Part shown: piece by piece, positions 26,028 to 40,029 of the stretch | Layout: the number at the start of each line of letters is the position of its first letter | Numbering within the stretch: position 1 is the first letter of the stretch | Assembly: GCA_050084985.1 (NCBI GenBank) | Contig: JBITNC010000001.1 | Span: 63,736,001-63,800,000, forward strand | Length of the DNA: 64,000 nt | DNA from: Nageia nagi | Lineage: Eukaryota > Plantae > Pinophyta | Direction: 5' to 3' | Program-made: the position numbers and the translations under genes | Notes under the pieces: generated by a model | What the model saw: the letters and a program-made list of their open reading frames with translations, nothing else | Told to the model about the DNA's origin: nothing | Database searches by the model: none

Positions 26028-26869
26028 GTATTATGTAGTGAAATCTTATTTGGTCAGCTTATTCTCATGAGTGCTTAACATTAGTGCTCTAGTATGTTAT
26101 TTTATAAGAAATTGTAACCTCTACTACCTAGAAAAACAAGTAAGGTTTTGGGCTATGAATATCAAAGTCTCACAAGTAATTATTGTTACTCAATGTGTTT
26201 TCAAGGTGTTTGACACTATCATCATTCCTTCTTTATATGCACTTTAAAGTTTCACTATCTTTAGCTGCTTTGAAGAATAACTATTAGTTTCACAAATTTG
26301 AGTGACATGGCACATTTATCACCTTGTTCATCCATTTTCTCTCTGAACCTCGATTCAACTTAGCATGTGACTTTTGGTTTGCTTCCCATACTACCATAAG
26401 TGGTTTCTTTGAAGAGCCTTCGTGATCCCATTCAAGAAGGAAATTGTGATAGAACTTTATAAATGCCTAGATAGTAATATATGGCTTGTTTCTGTTTTCT
26501 TATAAATTTGTCAGTTATATCACTAGCATTTTCTGTGTAAATCACATTTTTAAATCTGATCTATCCATTTTTTTTATCACATTTTGTATTGTTTTCAGTA
26601 TTCTTTTTATTATTACATTTGTCACATGGAGTTTTCCATTAACGTCATGATGAGCTTCAGAACACTAGTATTTGTCCATGTGTTAAATACTTGCTGTACC
26701 TACACAATACCCCCCCAAAATTTTTGCATTTTGAGGACCCTCAGGAAAACAAAGAGGGAATTGCATGAAAGAAATTGGTCAAAAGGAATGCATACCTTTT
26801 GGGCTAGTTTCAGGAACATGTTTAAATTGCATTTTCATGGTAGTCAAGTCAGAATCATGCATTTTCCAG

Positions 26870-28292
26870 CCTGTTGCATGTTTTTCAATGAGTGCTTTTG
26901 CACCCCTTTCAAACCATGCGACCAGCCTCCTGCGTTTTTCATCACTTGCATTTCATGTTTAGTGGCACCCTGAAGGCCTCCGTGTTGTAGGAATCCGTCT
27001 GCATTTCAGTTTTCAGCATTTCGCATGTTTTTGAGGGAGTCCTTTTGCACCCTTTGGAAAAGGTGCGACTATGGTGAAAACCTCACACTTAGCATTTTTT
27101 GTTGTTGCATGTTTTCATATGGGTCCTTTTGCACTCTTTGGAAAAGGTGCGACCAAAGTGGCATTTTCTATACTTAGCGTTTCAGAAGCTGTCGCATGTT
27201 TTTGGGTGAGTCTTTTTGCACTCACCAAAAACGGTGTGACCAGAGGAGATTTCATACTTAGCATTTTTCAATAGCTTTGAGTTGTCACATACTTTTAGGC
27301 GAGTCATTTTGCACTCATCCAAAAGGGTGCGACCAAGGTGGAAAATACTTAGTCATTTTCTTGGGCATCTAAAGCTTGTCGTATGCTTTGGACGAGTCCT
27401 TTTGCACCCATCCAGGACCATGTGACTAGATCAGTGAAGCGAAAATTGGCTAAGCGTTGGACTTCGTTTGTTGACAAGTGGAAACTCATGCATTGAGCCT
27501 CCTTCCGCACCTATCACATGGCGACACCTGTCCCATTCGGAGGGCTATAAAAAGGAAGTCAGCCCCTTTGTTTCAGTTTGCAAACCTATTTGGGGCAGAG
27601 CGTGGGAGTAGAGGAGAAAAGCACCTCCTCCAAGATGTGCGATTAAGGATCACTTGCATTTTTTTGAAGTATCTTGAGATTTTAGGCCTTGGGAAACGTG
27701 CCAAGATTCAAGCGCAAGGATTAAGGCACATGCTTTTAGCACCCATCCAAAAAGGTGCGACCGGTGGTTGAACTTCAAATCAATTTGGAATTTGGCTAAG
27801 TACTAAAGGGGCTAGTCGCATGCTTTTTATCACATGCTTTTGCACCCTTAAAGAGACATGTGCCCTTGTTCTTGGTCCGCTATTTGACCCATAAGTGGAC
27901 TAATCAGAAGGTGACACCTGGCGCTACATGAATCTATAAATACACCCTCACCCCCTTAATCATTTCAGTCACTCCACTTCAGAATTACCATCTTCCCTAG
28001 TCGCACCATTTCTCATGCATGCTTAGGCACTCATTCCAAAACGTGCGACCAAGAAGAAGGAAGGTTTTTGAGGTACATTGCACATTTAGTTAGCCTTTTT
28101 GGCTAAGACATTTCAGCCCAACCCTTGAACCTAGTCGCAAGATTTCAAGGTTGTGCTCAAAGCACTCATCCAAAACCATGCGCCCAGATCTGAAGTGAAG
28201 AATTTTGTTCCGGAAATTGACTAATTGACCCTAGGCCTAGTCGCATGCTTTTCAAGCTGTGTTTTTGCACTCATCCGAAATTGTCTGCCCAG
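26870..28292 (+). repeat. Array of ~11 imperfect palindromic ~50-bp repeats in element A
   Basis: Unit GTCGCAtgttttt..gagt-c-tttt-gcAC(T/C)CatccaaaaaggTGCGAC at ~26873, 27020, 27104, 27191, 27283, 27378, 27726, 27816, 28000, 28135 and 28240. Confidence 0.85.
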
Positions 28293-28344
28293 ATTGGTCA
28301 GACATCAGGAGTTGGAAGGAGAAGGAGATAAGTGACATTCTTAC

Positions 28345-31300
28345 ATGGCTTCCAGCATCAAAGCACCTCCATTGAGGGCCAGGAAGGTTCAAAGTCAGTT
28401 GTTCGAAAGGCATGTAACTGCAAGCCAAATGACTCGGCTTTCAAAAGAGAGCCTGATTGAATTTCAGGAGAAAGAGTAACCATAGCTCACTGAAGCTAAA
28501 TTCAAGGGGAGACATATCTATGTTGGTGACACAGATTGGGGAAATTTGGACCCTATCCTAACATTAGCCTCCACGTCCTCCATTAGCAAAGAGGACTTAT
28601 CAAAAGAACTCATCCACACATGCGGTTTGTTCAATGCCGCCATGATGCCCTTTGCAGTACCTTTTCCTGACTTATGTAGTGAAGTGGCTAGGAAGTGTGA
28701 ATATGACAAAAGGGTCTTACGGGACACAGAGGGTAATGTGATCATGGACTTTTCCTTTATTGGAATTGAAGCAGCCTTTGGTTGGAAAAGATATGTGGAC
28801 GATTATACATTAGCTTATTTTGAGGAGTTCTATGATTCCACAGCCCGACCTGGGGATTACATTCAACCCTAGTTGCTTGAAGAGTATCAAAACCTTCAAG
28901 GGTAGAAACTGATCAGTGCACGGAAAGAGGAATTTCTGCCTGTTGTGGCAAAGTTGATCAATCTCTTGTTGAGGGTGACTGGTCAGGAAAATGATGTCAA
29001 GTACAAAAGAGAGTTCATGGGTTTCATTGTAGCTATCAGTTCGGGGAGACCTATCCAATGGGAGGGAGAAATCAGTGATGCCTTGTGCCACCAGTTGGCC
29101 TATTCTGGCTCCTCGAAGAGATTCTATATGAACTCTTATCTTGTGTACCTGTTGTTGCATGGTAAAGTCAGATCCAAGGAGTTCGTTGACGAAAGGTACT
29201 TAGGGTAGAAGAACATCCTTGTATGGAGAGCTTACCAGAAGTGGTGGTACCAGAATAAATTCTAGTATTTCTATGAGAGGACCGATTACTGGGAGTATGA
29301 TATTTACAAGGATATTAAAGGGGAGTCTGTTGTGAAGAGGATTTCTGATGCAACTGTTCAAGCCATCAGCATACATGTAGATTTTTGTCTGCAGGATGCT
29401 GATTTTACATATATCAGAGTCTATGGCTCAGAAGAGCAACCCCTGCTCCTGCTAAGATATGCCAGTGATAGGATGATTCTCATGGAGTTTGCCAGGCAAC
29501 TCTTGTTCTTGAAGGAGTTGGTCTGGAAGAAGAAGAACGCCACCATAAATTTGCCTATCTCTATATCCAAATATGCATGCCAGACATGGGTTGAGGCAAC
29601 CCATATGAGGGAAGAGCTATTGCTAAGAATTATGATCCTCGGGGCATAGTTGCACATTTCTACAATACCGCATTCCACAAGCCCATTGCGTTTCCATATG
29701 TCTTTGTGAAATGAAGAGAAGTATAGGAACGTGCATGATAAAAGAGAGATTGCACGAATAGATGCTCTTTTGAGCAAGAAAAAGGCTCCCCTCCGGGCAG
29801 AGAAGCCCCCTCAAAGAGCTCGAACTACCAAGCCCTGATCTAAAGAGGTCCCTCCAAGGATCAAGTCTCTTGTTGCTTGCGCGACATCCTCACCAGGAAA
29901 GACACTCTTGTTCCTGAAGGAAAGAGGCAAGAGACCCCGAGGGAACCCATCCCAGGTCCTAGCAAATGTAGTGTGATAGTGGTTGATCTCAAAGACGCTA
30001 GTTATCTTGCTCTCCCCTTGGATGTGCTAGACGATGTGGTGAATGTGGCTTGTGCCAATGGTTCACCTACTGAGGCAATCTCTTCTAGACTTGCCCATTC
30101 TCCTGGTCCCATGGAGAAAGTTCCCCCTCTACAACCAAGTTCTAGCTCTAGCTCTGAACGTTGCTCTTCTTCTTCCAATGAAGAAATTGATGAATACCTT
30201 GATCGTTCGGTAGAAGATTTTGGAAAAGAATCAGGAAGCTGCAACGAGAGAGAGAAGAAGAAGAAGATGATAATGTCGACAATGTTGCCAATATGCCTAA
30301 GCAGGAGGACATAACTTTAGCTGCTTCAGCACCTGATGAGACAGAAATTGAAACCATCCAGATGATGAGATAGTGGACGTTGGTACCTATGATGATGACG
30401 TCCAGATCGTTGGAGAAAAGTGCGTTAGAGAGGTGGTTGCATCCAAGTCCTCTCCTGCCGAACATAAGAAGTCCCCTTATTTGCATAAATCCTCCACCAA
30501 GAGGAGTCATGAGAGATCTCCCCAACATCGCAATAAAGGTTTATCTATAAGCGGTAATTGAGGAGATGAGGAAGATGATGGAGAGACTGAGGAACAGAAA
30601 AAGAAGAGGAGGTAGGAGGAGCATCAAGGCAAAGAAATGGTTGTAGTTCATACCACTCTAGCGAAGGAGGTCAAGAAGATTGATAAAGAAAGATTGTTGG
30701 TTCAAAGGTTTCCCCCTCGGCCAACAACCGAACATTCGGATCTTGACCTGAATGCTTGCTTTAGAGCTCTAAGCATGAGTACGGCTCATGATGAAGACAT
30801 AGACCAAGACTTGCGTTCTGAAGATGAGGAGAAAGAACTTTCAGATGGGGAGAAGATTCGGAGGGTGGACACTTTTGCCTCCACCTCTCGAAAAGAAATC
30901 TCCATTAGCCATTGCTACTCAAAGGAGAAGCACCCTCAGAGAACGAAGGACTGTGTCATCGAGACGTTCAAGATGCCTTTGAAACTAGGGTTGATAGCCA
31001 GCAAACACATTGTTACTCAGAATGCTGTAGTCATGGAGTAGGATGGCTACAAAGCCAAAAAGGAGGTGAAAAGGTTGAAGAAGGAACTCATAGCTAGTAG
31101 GAAAATCATCAAGGAATTTCAGAAAATTAGCACCACTGCTTTAGATCTACAGAAGCAGACTTCGTTCCATGAAGGATGGGAACTGATGAGGGAGCAGCTT
31201 AGGAACGAAGTGATGGAGGCCATCGAGAGATTGTCTTCTCAAATTTACAAACTCCTTGTTGAAGTTATGGAACTCAGGGATCTCAAGACACAAATTTCAG

Positions 31301-31843
31301 CACAACTTAGCACGTTGGATAGTTATCTTCCCAACATCTCCCATGTGCAACACATTTACGCCAACAACCCTGAAAAGTTGGTCTATTGCCACGAGTTCAC
31401 TTATCATTACGATTGGTTGAACCATGCACTTGAAAAGTGCAACACAGTGCTGAAAATTAGAATCCCCTTGAGAAAGGAGGTCGAGGAATAGATGGGTATC
31501 TTTATCAACTCAAGTTCCAAGGGGAGGATAACAACGTTATAAAGGAGGAGGCGGTATTGGCAAAGGCCCAAAATTTGATTCAAGAGCATCTTGAAGTTGA
31601 CGATCTCAACTTGCTGAAGGCAGGGCATCTCATCATCCATGAGAGGTGGATGGTCATCTGGAGACAGGAGATGTAGGCTACATCCAAGAAGCTTGAAGGA
31701 TATTTTCGGCAAAATGGCAGTACCATTGGCATGATCTCCAGGGCATGCGAAAGATTGTGGCATTCTTGGAGGAGACCATTGAGTCCTACGGTCTCAACAA
31801 TGAGGAGTGGAACTCCATCCGTATCAGATCAGATCTGGCCTAG
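28345..31843 (+). pseudogene. Decayed ~1,160-codon ORF of unknown function in element A
   Basis: ATG at 28345 is in frame with 28546-28872. Fragments 28945, 29332, 29877, 30373, 30637 and 31066 follow on the same strand. Conserved N-domain, acidic/Ser linker, helical C-domain. Confidence 0.8.
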
Positions 31844-34077
31844 GTTTGATCCACCCGTAGATTTCACCTACGTTATCTTTTCGTTTGTTTAATGCATACT
31901 TAATGTTGGTTGTTATGTCAGACTTTATTTCATTCGATTTGACTGGTGTAGGGATGAGGCTTTACTCTCGACAGATCAAATCTGTCAGACTCATTTATGG
32001 CTTTGATCGATGCAAGGATGAGGTTTTGCTTTCGCTGGTTTAGATGTCAGACTTTTTAGACTCTTTATTGCATATCTAATTTACTGTTGCATAGATTAGA
32101 TATAGATTAGCTGCATTTTGGTGATGGCATTTATATTTTGTCAGCATTAAGTGCCACTTGCATAATTTTGTGCGATCTGATTTTGTATCGGTATGTGTGT
32201 TACGTGTGTGTGCACCATATTCGATTTGATGCCTTTAAGGCAATACTTCTAGTGGCCTATTTATACCCCACTCGGGCCATTTAGAAGGGGATTTTGACAT
32301 GAGGAATTTATGCATAGGATCTTGACACAATTTTGCATTGGACTTCTGCACTTAATGAGAGCATCATATATCGGAGTTCTTGCATCTTTGAGATTCTGGC
32401 TGTTGGGTCTATGTTTGTAATCATTTTCAGCCATTGCATCTTATAATACTCACATTCCATTGCATAAAGGTTTGCTACATAAGGGGTTCAATGCATGATT
32501 CGTTGTTGAATATCATTATGAATGTGTTTATCTAGAGGAATGAAATCATAAAGTTTATACTATGAAGAATATCATTTGTGGGATTATGCATATTTGAATG
32601 ATTCTTTCTTTGGGCTGCATACTGAATATTCATGTGAAAGAGTTTGATTTTGCATAGTTTGCACATAAGCGGATATATTCTAAGGCTTACAGCTTGTCTT
32701 TATATCATTCGGTCAGGTTTTTTGTATTACGCCCTCACTTCACTTATACCCCCCTCCATCGAGTCTTCCACAAAGACCTTACAGCTTCTTGCTCTCGTCT
32801 AGTAGTGATTTGAGCATATTTGCTATTTGCTGCCCGACTTGATAGTGAATGCATCAACCTTAATGAATCTGGAGATGACCTACGTAGACACTATATTCCT
32901 GGTGATATCTTCATAAGTCTTTTCCTTTCCTCGTATTTATCCCTGTGTTTGTTTTTGCATTTGTGATCTTTCTTCGCTTTCATTCACATTTGCAGTCTTT
33001 CCTCTTTGTGGAAAAGGATCTCCGACGTGTATTTCCCTTGTATACAGTTAACAACATGCATCTTTGACTGCTGAGCCATCAAGACCATATTCCATGTGAG
33101 CGCTTGGGGGAACCAGTCCTTTTAGGCGGAAACAAGTAATGCTGTTTCCTCCAAGTCCTGTTATGCTATTGCCCTTGAAGGCATACCTCAAGTGGTCTGA
33201 GAGCACTTTGTTCAGTGCATATATTGCCAAGCTTTAACACCTGAATATATTAGTTTCATCATCCAATATTGGCTCCTTGTGCTTGTACGGTTGTACATTT
33301 ATGTTCCATTTGTATCTTTGACTTTTCTCTTTACCTGCATGACCTGCATTGCTTGAGTTTGCCATCTATTATTACATCTTCACTCATAAAGTGGTGATAT
33401 GCCTCCTGAAATTATCTATGTAGAGTTAACACCAGTATTTTTAGATCCATGAATCCGTCAATCACTGAGAGAAGGAAATGAAACTGATACTCAAGCCCTG
33501 ATGATGAAAATTAACTAATGGGATAAGAGAGTCTGGTAAATGAAATATGTTGCAGCTCAAGGCATGCCTAGGACAGAAAAAGTACCAAGAACATATAATC
33601 TCCAAAATAGAAGTGGCTGCAAGTTTGTAAATAATCTGTTTATGATAAGGAGAAAGTGGTTTTTTTGTTTAACCAAAATGAATCATAGGTGTGTAAGGCA
33701 TCTCCAACTTGAATATGACCGTAGAAATGATAGAGATAGTGAAATGATACATTGGCATGAATTCCTTGATTTAAATTTTCAGATTCAATCCAAATGAAAT
33801 ACTATTATTTCTTCATTTTGCATCCCTTAATTAAATTATTTATTTAAAAAGAATTTGCATTACTTACCATGTTCAATGAATGGTCTTTGCATTAAGGTGA
33901 GCTGGGTCTAAAATTTCTTAATATGTTTGAAAAGTTAAGTAGCCTCTCTTGTCTTTATCCAAGAAGGATAGCGTTCACATTCAGAGTTTGCATAAAACTA
34001 AGAAATTTTGATTGCACATTAGTTATTTATGTTTGAAATCTAGATGATGTTCAATGACTGTTGTTATCTTTGCACAG

Positions 34078-34174
34078 CCAGATGATTCTGAACATATTTC
34101 CTTTTCATGGACTGAAGTGAAAGAGGTCAATATCTCCAAACCTTCCACTACAGCAACCACCGTGCATCACCAGG
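34078..34174 (+). CDS. ARP9: ARP9 exon 6
   Basis: cacag|PDDSEHISFSWTEVKE...HHQ+G|gtaatg. FSWTEV corresponds to FTWTDV. Confidence 0.8.
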
Positions 34175-37100
34175 GTAATGTCCTACATTTTCCAGTTATT
34201 ACCATTTGCTTCTTTTTTTGGATGCTTATGAAAACATTGTGAAATGATGTGTGTTGTACCAAATATTTCCATCTAAGGTATTGATTTATATTCAGTTTTA
34301 ATTCTTTGATTGATCCTGTATATTTTAATACAAACAGAAAATGGCAATGGTAGTTGCACCCTTTATTGCATATTTTCTTGTCTGATAATGGTTTTATGAT
34401 TTCTCAATACTTGTATAATGCTTGTTATTAATGCAACCGAGGCTGACATGAATTAAGTAGGATATTGGACAAATGTTGAAGAGCAAACTTTTTATATGAG
34501 CATTTTCCCTCAAATGGTTGATTAACTCAAACTGAAGTAGATATATATCTCATATAAAGATTTGCATGCAGCAGGTGTAATGGTCACTATATCATTGGGA
34601 TTTGTGTTTGAAGTGATGATGTTGTAAAGAGATTACTGGCCCGAGTATAATGTTTGCTGCTCTGGTCAATAACCAGAAGAACTGGTTATTAACCAGTTTG
34701 AAACAATAGAAAAAAATTTGAATTGTGAAATCAACTTGCCTAGCAGATTCTGTGGTTAATAGGATAGCATTGGGGTTGTAAACAGATGAAAATTGCAATC
34801 AAAATGGTTTCTTGCTAACCACTAAAGGGATGATCAAATTGGTCTTTTAAAGTGTAACAGAAAGATTTACACTGCTTCAAAATGTGTTTAGTTTGTATGG
34901 CATGACTATGCTTGTGACCTATGTCCATTCCTAATAATTCTTACACTTTGTTATATCACATTGTGAATTGGATATCTCTACGGAGTGTATTGTATAAGCC
35001 TCAATGCTAGCTTGTAGAAGCTATCCTTATGGAGAAGGAGCTTGTAGGTCTTGTAGCAAATGGATTTAGAGAATGAATGGTCTAGTGGGAGCAAGTGCAG
35101 GAAAGATGGGGAGAAGGTGGTGAAGTTTCAGTTGTTGAATCATTATAAATAGGCAGATTACAAGTGCTTATTGATGTTGTGAGATTTGTGAGAAGGGTAT
35201 GACTTTAGAGTTTGTCCATGCAAATAATCTTCACTTCAAGCTCTTCCTTGTGTTATGATCTATTTGTTAGTATATAACCTTGATTTGATGGATGGTCTTT
35301 GAGAAAATAAGCATATGCAAACACCATAAACAAAAAATATTAAAGATAAATGACACAAAATAACTAATACAGAGGTACAACAGCAAGTAATTGCATTGAT
35401 TCTGACAAAGCATACATGAATTATTCTTGCCAATTAACATCAAGTGAGTGATCTTGACCCTCTTGGTTAGTAATATCACCTCCCTGTTAGTGACCTTTAC
35501 TAACTCTTGAGCCCTAACAATCTCTCGAATACTTCAACGAAGAACCTTCACTCTTTCACCACCTATCTGATTATTCAAGCCTGTTGATCTTGCAGCTGCC
35601 ACCTTTCTTTAGCAACTTTCTGATACTTTGGCATTCTTCTATTCCCTAATTATCACCTATTTAGAGGCCCTCAAAGAATACACATGATATTGAAGGAATC
35701 GTACTTTTCTTCAATATATTGGTTCACTTTCTGCATCTTCATTTGTTCTGCATATATTAACATGACATGACTGTTTTATAAAATTAGTGTTTTACCTTTT
35801 GAATTCTTCCCAAATTAAGGACTTTTCAAATACTCGTTCTCTTGACATGGCATGATACAAATCACATGCAATTTAGCCTCCCATAATCTTCATAAAACAT
35901 TCATTTACAACCTTATGATATTGTAAACATTACACTTGTTTGACAAATTTGATGATATTTTGTATAATACTGATTTTATTTTCAATTATTTATATAATGG
36001 ATCATATGTAAAAGTTTTGATAACTTTCACAAGAATTAAGTCAATTTGAAATAAAACATCAAACAAAATCCAATTTGAATGTGATGCCATGAGTAACAAC
36101 TTTCCTTATTGAATAATCTGAATAGATTGAATAAACTAAAACATTCATAATATTCAACAATGGAGCAAAACCAAACTCATAAATATGATTCAATAATGGA
36201 GCAATCTCACAATGGAAAATAATACATAATAATAGAATCAAATATTTACAATATGGAATGGAGTTCTGTTAGGAACCCTCACCTAACACACCATGCTTGC
36301 TTGGCCTCTCACACCAAGCTACACACCAAGAATCCAATCTAATCCAATCCAATCAACTTGATTACATGAGCAAGCTAATAACTAAATACCATCCCAGAAA
36401 TAACACAACAATCGGAATGTGAAGAAAGACACAAAACTGGGCAAAGTGTATCGTCCAAAAAGATCAGTACTGAAACACGTTCATGTTTGGTGAAACATGG
36501 TCGCATTTGGTGCAAAACATGGTGGCTACCGTGTATGAGCCACCACGTTTGGGACTGCATTTCTGGGCAGAGAATGGACAATTTGTAGAAAAATGGCCGA
36601 GATTATGGTCAAATCTTCGGAGAAGATAGACATGCATATACTTGTTGGAAAGGAATCTTCGATTACTATCCAATTCAAAAAGAATCAACTCAACTGGATG
36701 TCTCTACAAAATGTTATGCCTTCCCAAAAGTGACTGATCTATTGAACAAGTCCAGTTGATAGAGAATGGGTTTGATCTTCAACTTCGAATGGTTGTCGAT
36801 TGAGATCAAGTTCCAACATTCTCCCCCTTGATGCTGAAAGGAATCAGGAATGATGTTCTGAAGCATCACACATGGATTGAAAGAACCTTTTTACGTCTCT
36901 TCCATTTTTGTAACAAAAATTGTAAAAGTTGAAAAATTTGGTTTGGTTGGCACCCACCATGCTTCTGTTACGCATCACACTTCAACTCTTCATGAGGGCT
37001 GTCCTTCAACATGCTTGTTGTCTCCTGCAAGTAAAAGATGGGTACCTTTTGATGATAAATTCCCCCTTTATCAAAAATCTCGTCTTCATTTATACTCATA

Positions 37101-38573
37101 TTCTTCACAAAGTTGCTCCATGAGCAATCAAAGTTGTCGTCACCAACATCAATCCATGCTCCAAATGAGCAATTTCTAAGCTGAACCATCTCATCAAACC
37201 ACTCTACAATTTCACACACTTTCACAGAAATGATACAAAACATAGTGGCCAAAAATTGACTCACTACAAATGCAACTTGCAAAAATAACTCTTCGAACAA
37301 AAAATTGCTTTTCCAACAACAATGTACAGCCATTGAATGACTGTCCTTTATACTCAAATCAGCCATGATATTACTGCCCATACTTACCAATGACGGATGG
37401 TCCTTCAACAACAAAACATTGTGTTCAACTTCTTTGCAATCCCAGTTTTGCGCACAAATCAAATTTCAATTTTTGCTCACAAAAATAAGCTCCCAACGAT
37501 GCCTTTGCAAGACATTCAATATTTTGCACAAACTTTCTCAACAAAACAGTATCAAAACTGTCCAACAAATGCAAACTCCTACTCCCAACAATCAAATCAT
37601 CAATAAATGAACAAATTTGCAAAAAATCTTCACGTTCTCTTTTGTAGGATGGAGTAGAGTCCTTTGTGCCATACTGCTGCAACTTTTCAACATTCTCTTC
37701 CATTGTTGCTTTAACAACAACATTGTCCTTCATAGCAAAAGTGCTCCTTGTACCTTCTTCACACAAACAAGATTCATCTTCTTCATGTACTGCTGCTTTT
37801 TTCTCATTTTTTTATTGCAAGTGCACTATTTGGTGCCATTTCAACAAAACAAACATCTTTTGGAGAGTCCAAAGCTGCCCTTACAACACAATAATCATTC
37901 ACAAATGCTCCACACATTGCTTCTACAAAACAATCTTCATCATTTTTTACAAAACAATGCTTATTTTTCACAAAACAATTTTCAGTTCTACAAGCTCCAT
38001 AGATTTCCTCTTCAAGACAATTTTCATGAGGATCATTATCATTACAACATGAGAATCATCAATGGCTGTCTCTTCAATAAAACAATCTTTACTCTTTTAT
38101 TTGTCCGGCAAAAAATAAAAAATAGTGCAAATAACTTTTACCTCATTTTCATCAACAAAATTTGAGCAAGAACCCCACAATGGATTGGGCATGGTCTTCT
38201 CAACAAGAGCATCTTCAAAATCTGATTTTGCAAAACACATATCCATCCCATGGTCTTCAAACAAACACTCCATTATGAGTGATTCTTCTCCAATATTCAA
38301 ATCTGATTTTACAAGACAACCATCTTCTATTTCAACTTCAACACAACACTCTTTCATGAGAATTGCTTCTTCAACATTGAAATCGACATTTTCAAAACAA
38401 TCATCTCCCATTTTTAATAAATGGTCTTCACTCCAACTCTCCTCCATATGCACAAAATCTGGTTCATCTTCGAAATTTGGGTAAGCCTTTTCAAATTAAC
38501 AATTATCATCTTCTTTTGAGCAATTTTCAAACCAATGTACAATTGCAACTTCTTTTCCAAATTCCGGAACAGT

Positions 38574-39101
38574 CTTTGTAAGACTCATCTCCATTCCATA
38601 CGAATGGTCTTCAAGCCAACAATCCATCACACAACTTTCTTCTTCATTATTCTCCCCTTTGGAGGAACTCCAACATGAGTACTCTCTCTTTGTAGAGAGT
38701 CTTCAACAAATGCACCTTCATCACAAACGTCATCTCCACAGGCAACATGAGAATTTTTAAGACAAATAGCAACAAACAATTCCGGAATAACATCGTGTGC
38801 CTCCTCCATGAGACAATTTTCAACAATGCACTCTTGCCTTTGTAAGGCTCATCTCCATTCCATACGAGTGGTCTTCAAGCCAACAATCCATCACACAACT
38901 TTTTTCTTCAATATTCTCCCCCTTTAGAGGAACTCCAACATGAGCACTCTCTCTTTGTAGAGAGTCTTCAACAAATGCACCTTCATCACAAACATCATCT
39001 CCACAAGCAACATGAGAATTGTTAAGATAAGTATCAACAAAAAATTCCAGAATAACATTTTGTGCCTCCTCCATGAGACAATCTTCAATGATGCACTCTT
39101 C
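38574..39101. repeat. 264-bp (88-codon) tandem duplication inside the copia internal ORF
   Basis: Units start ctttgtaag at 38574 and 38838. Both encode SHVACGDDVCDEGAFVEDSLQRES. Confidence 0.9.
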
Positions 39102-39365
39102 AAGTGCTCCAACAACACAATCTAGAACAACAATGGCTTCTTCTTTTTCAACATTTTTTTGAAATCCAAAACAACAATGTTTCTCTTTGCTCACAAAACA
39201 AACATTTTCCAGTATGATTTTATCACCCCTAGAACAATCTTGGAGTGTTTTCCATGATTCCCAAGCTGTCCTACAAGCTGTAAGAAGTGGCAAAACATTC
39301 TTCTTCATGCTTTTTCTAATATTTAGAAGAGACAACAATTTAAATGTTGTTCCTCTTTCTTTGAT

Positions 39366-40029
39366 TGTAATGTTCCAAAAATAAATATTTTGTAAATGTC
39401 TCCTACACTTAATTATAAAAGTGGAAAAGGGGTTCATGTGACTAGGAGACATAACTTAAGTTGTGTTTATTTATGTTTTATATTCTTATTTTTTGTAATA
39501 AGGTACTTTAAGTGATTTTAGGGTTAGGAGATGTCAACTCCAAATTAGAACCTCATTCTATAAAAGGAAGTGAGCATCTCATTTGGAGGATGTTATGTGA
39601 TATGAGAATTGAATATTGAAACCTTAGAGTTTCCATGAGTTGAGATTGCAGGTCTTGCTCATTCCCATAGTGCATTGGAGGTGCATGGTTGGGGACTTGG
39701 CAATATCATTGAAGGTGTTATTGCCCTAAAATATCAAAAACACAAAAAGAGGCATCTGTGAGTGGTTCGTGGCATTTCTTTTGTGGAGGGATTCACTCAG
39801 TTTGGAAAGTTTGTATCTGCATTTTTAGTTTCGTGAGGATTCTATTTGTCCATTCCAGCTTTGTATTGGTTTGGAAATATTTAATATATATGATACTGGC
39901 TGATTTCTCCTCATACTAGTGTTATTTTATGAGCAATTTCTGAGTTATTTTATTGCTGCAATTTATTTTTGCATTTTTATATTGAGGGTTTGCTAGAAAT
40001 AAAGAAATAAAAATAAAAGGAACATCACA
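39366..40029 (+). mobile_element. 664-bp gypsy-type solo LTR nested in the copia gag
   Basis: TGTAATGTTCC...GGAACATCACA termini, perfect TSD TTGAT, TATA at ~39559. Confidence 0.92.

Larger units (their letters stand above)
26681..33053 (+). mobile_element. 6.4-kb LTR-like element A (probable giant gypsy solo LTR) carrying its own ORF
   Basis: Termini TGTTAA...TTAACA. Flanks CCATG/ACATG (4/5 TSD). No gag, pol, PBS or PPT seen. TATA modules at ~27546, ~27934 and ~32257. Confidence 0.75.

Noticed and set aside
26870-28292. CRISPR-like array
   Set aside because: Eukaryotic TE context, degenerate repeats, irregular and partly related spacers, no cas genes.
33054-33240. Possible extra exon or gene fragment (60-aa minus ORF)
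   Set aside because: No ARP9 similarity, no consistent splice phase, no recognisable family.
34054-34242. 62-aa stand-alone ORF
   Set aside because: It is ARP9 exon 6 plus intron read-through.
37365-38484. Plus-strand ORFs of 69-182 aa
   Set aside because: Antisense shadows of the copia internal ORF; low-complexity composition.
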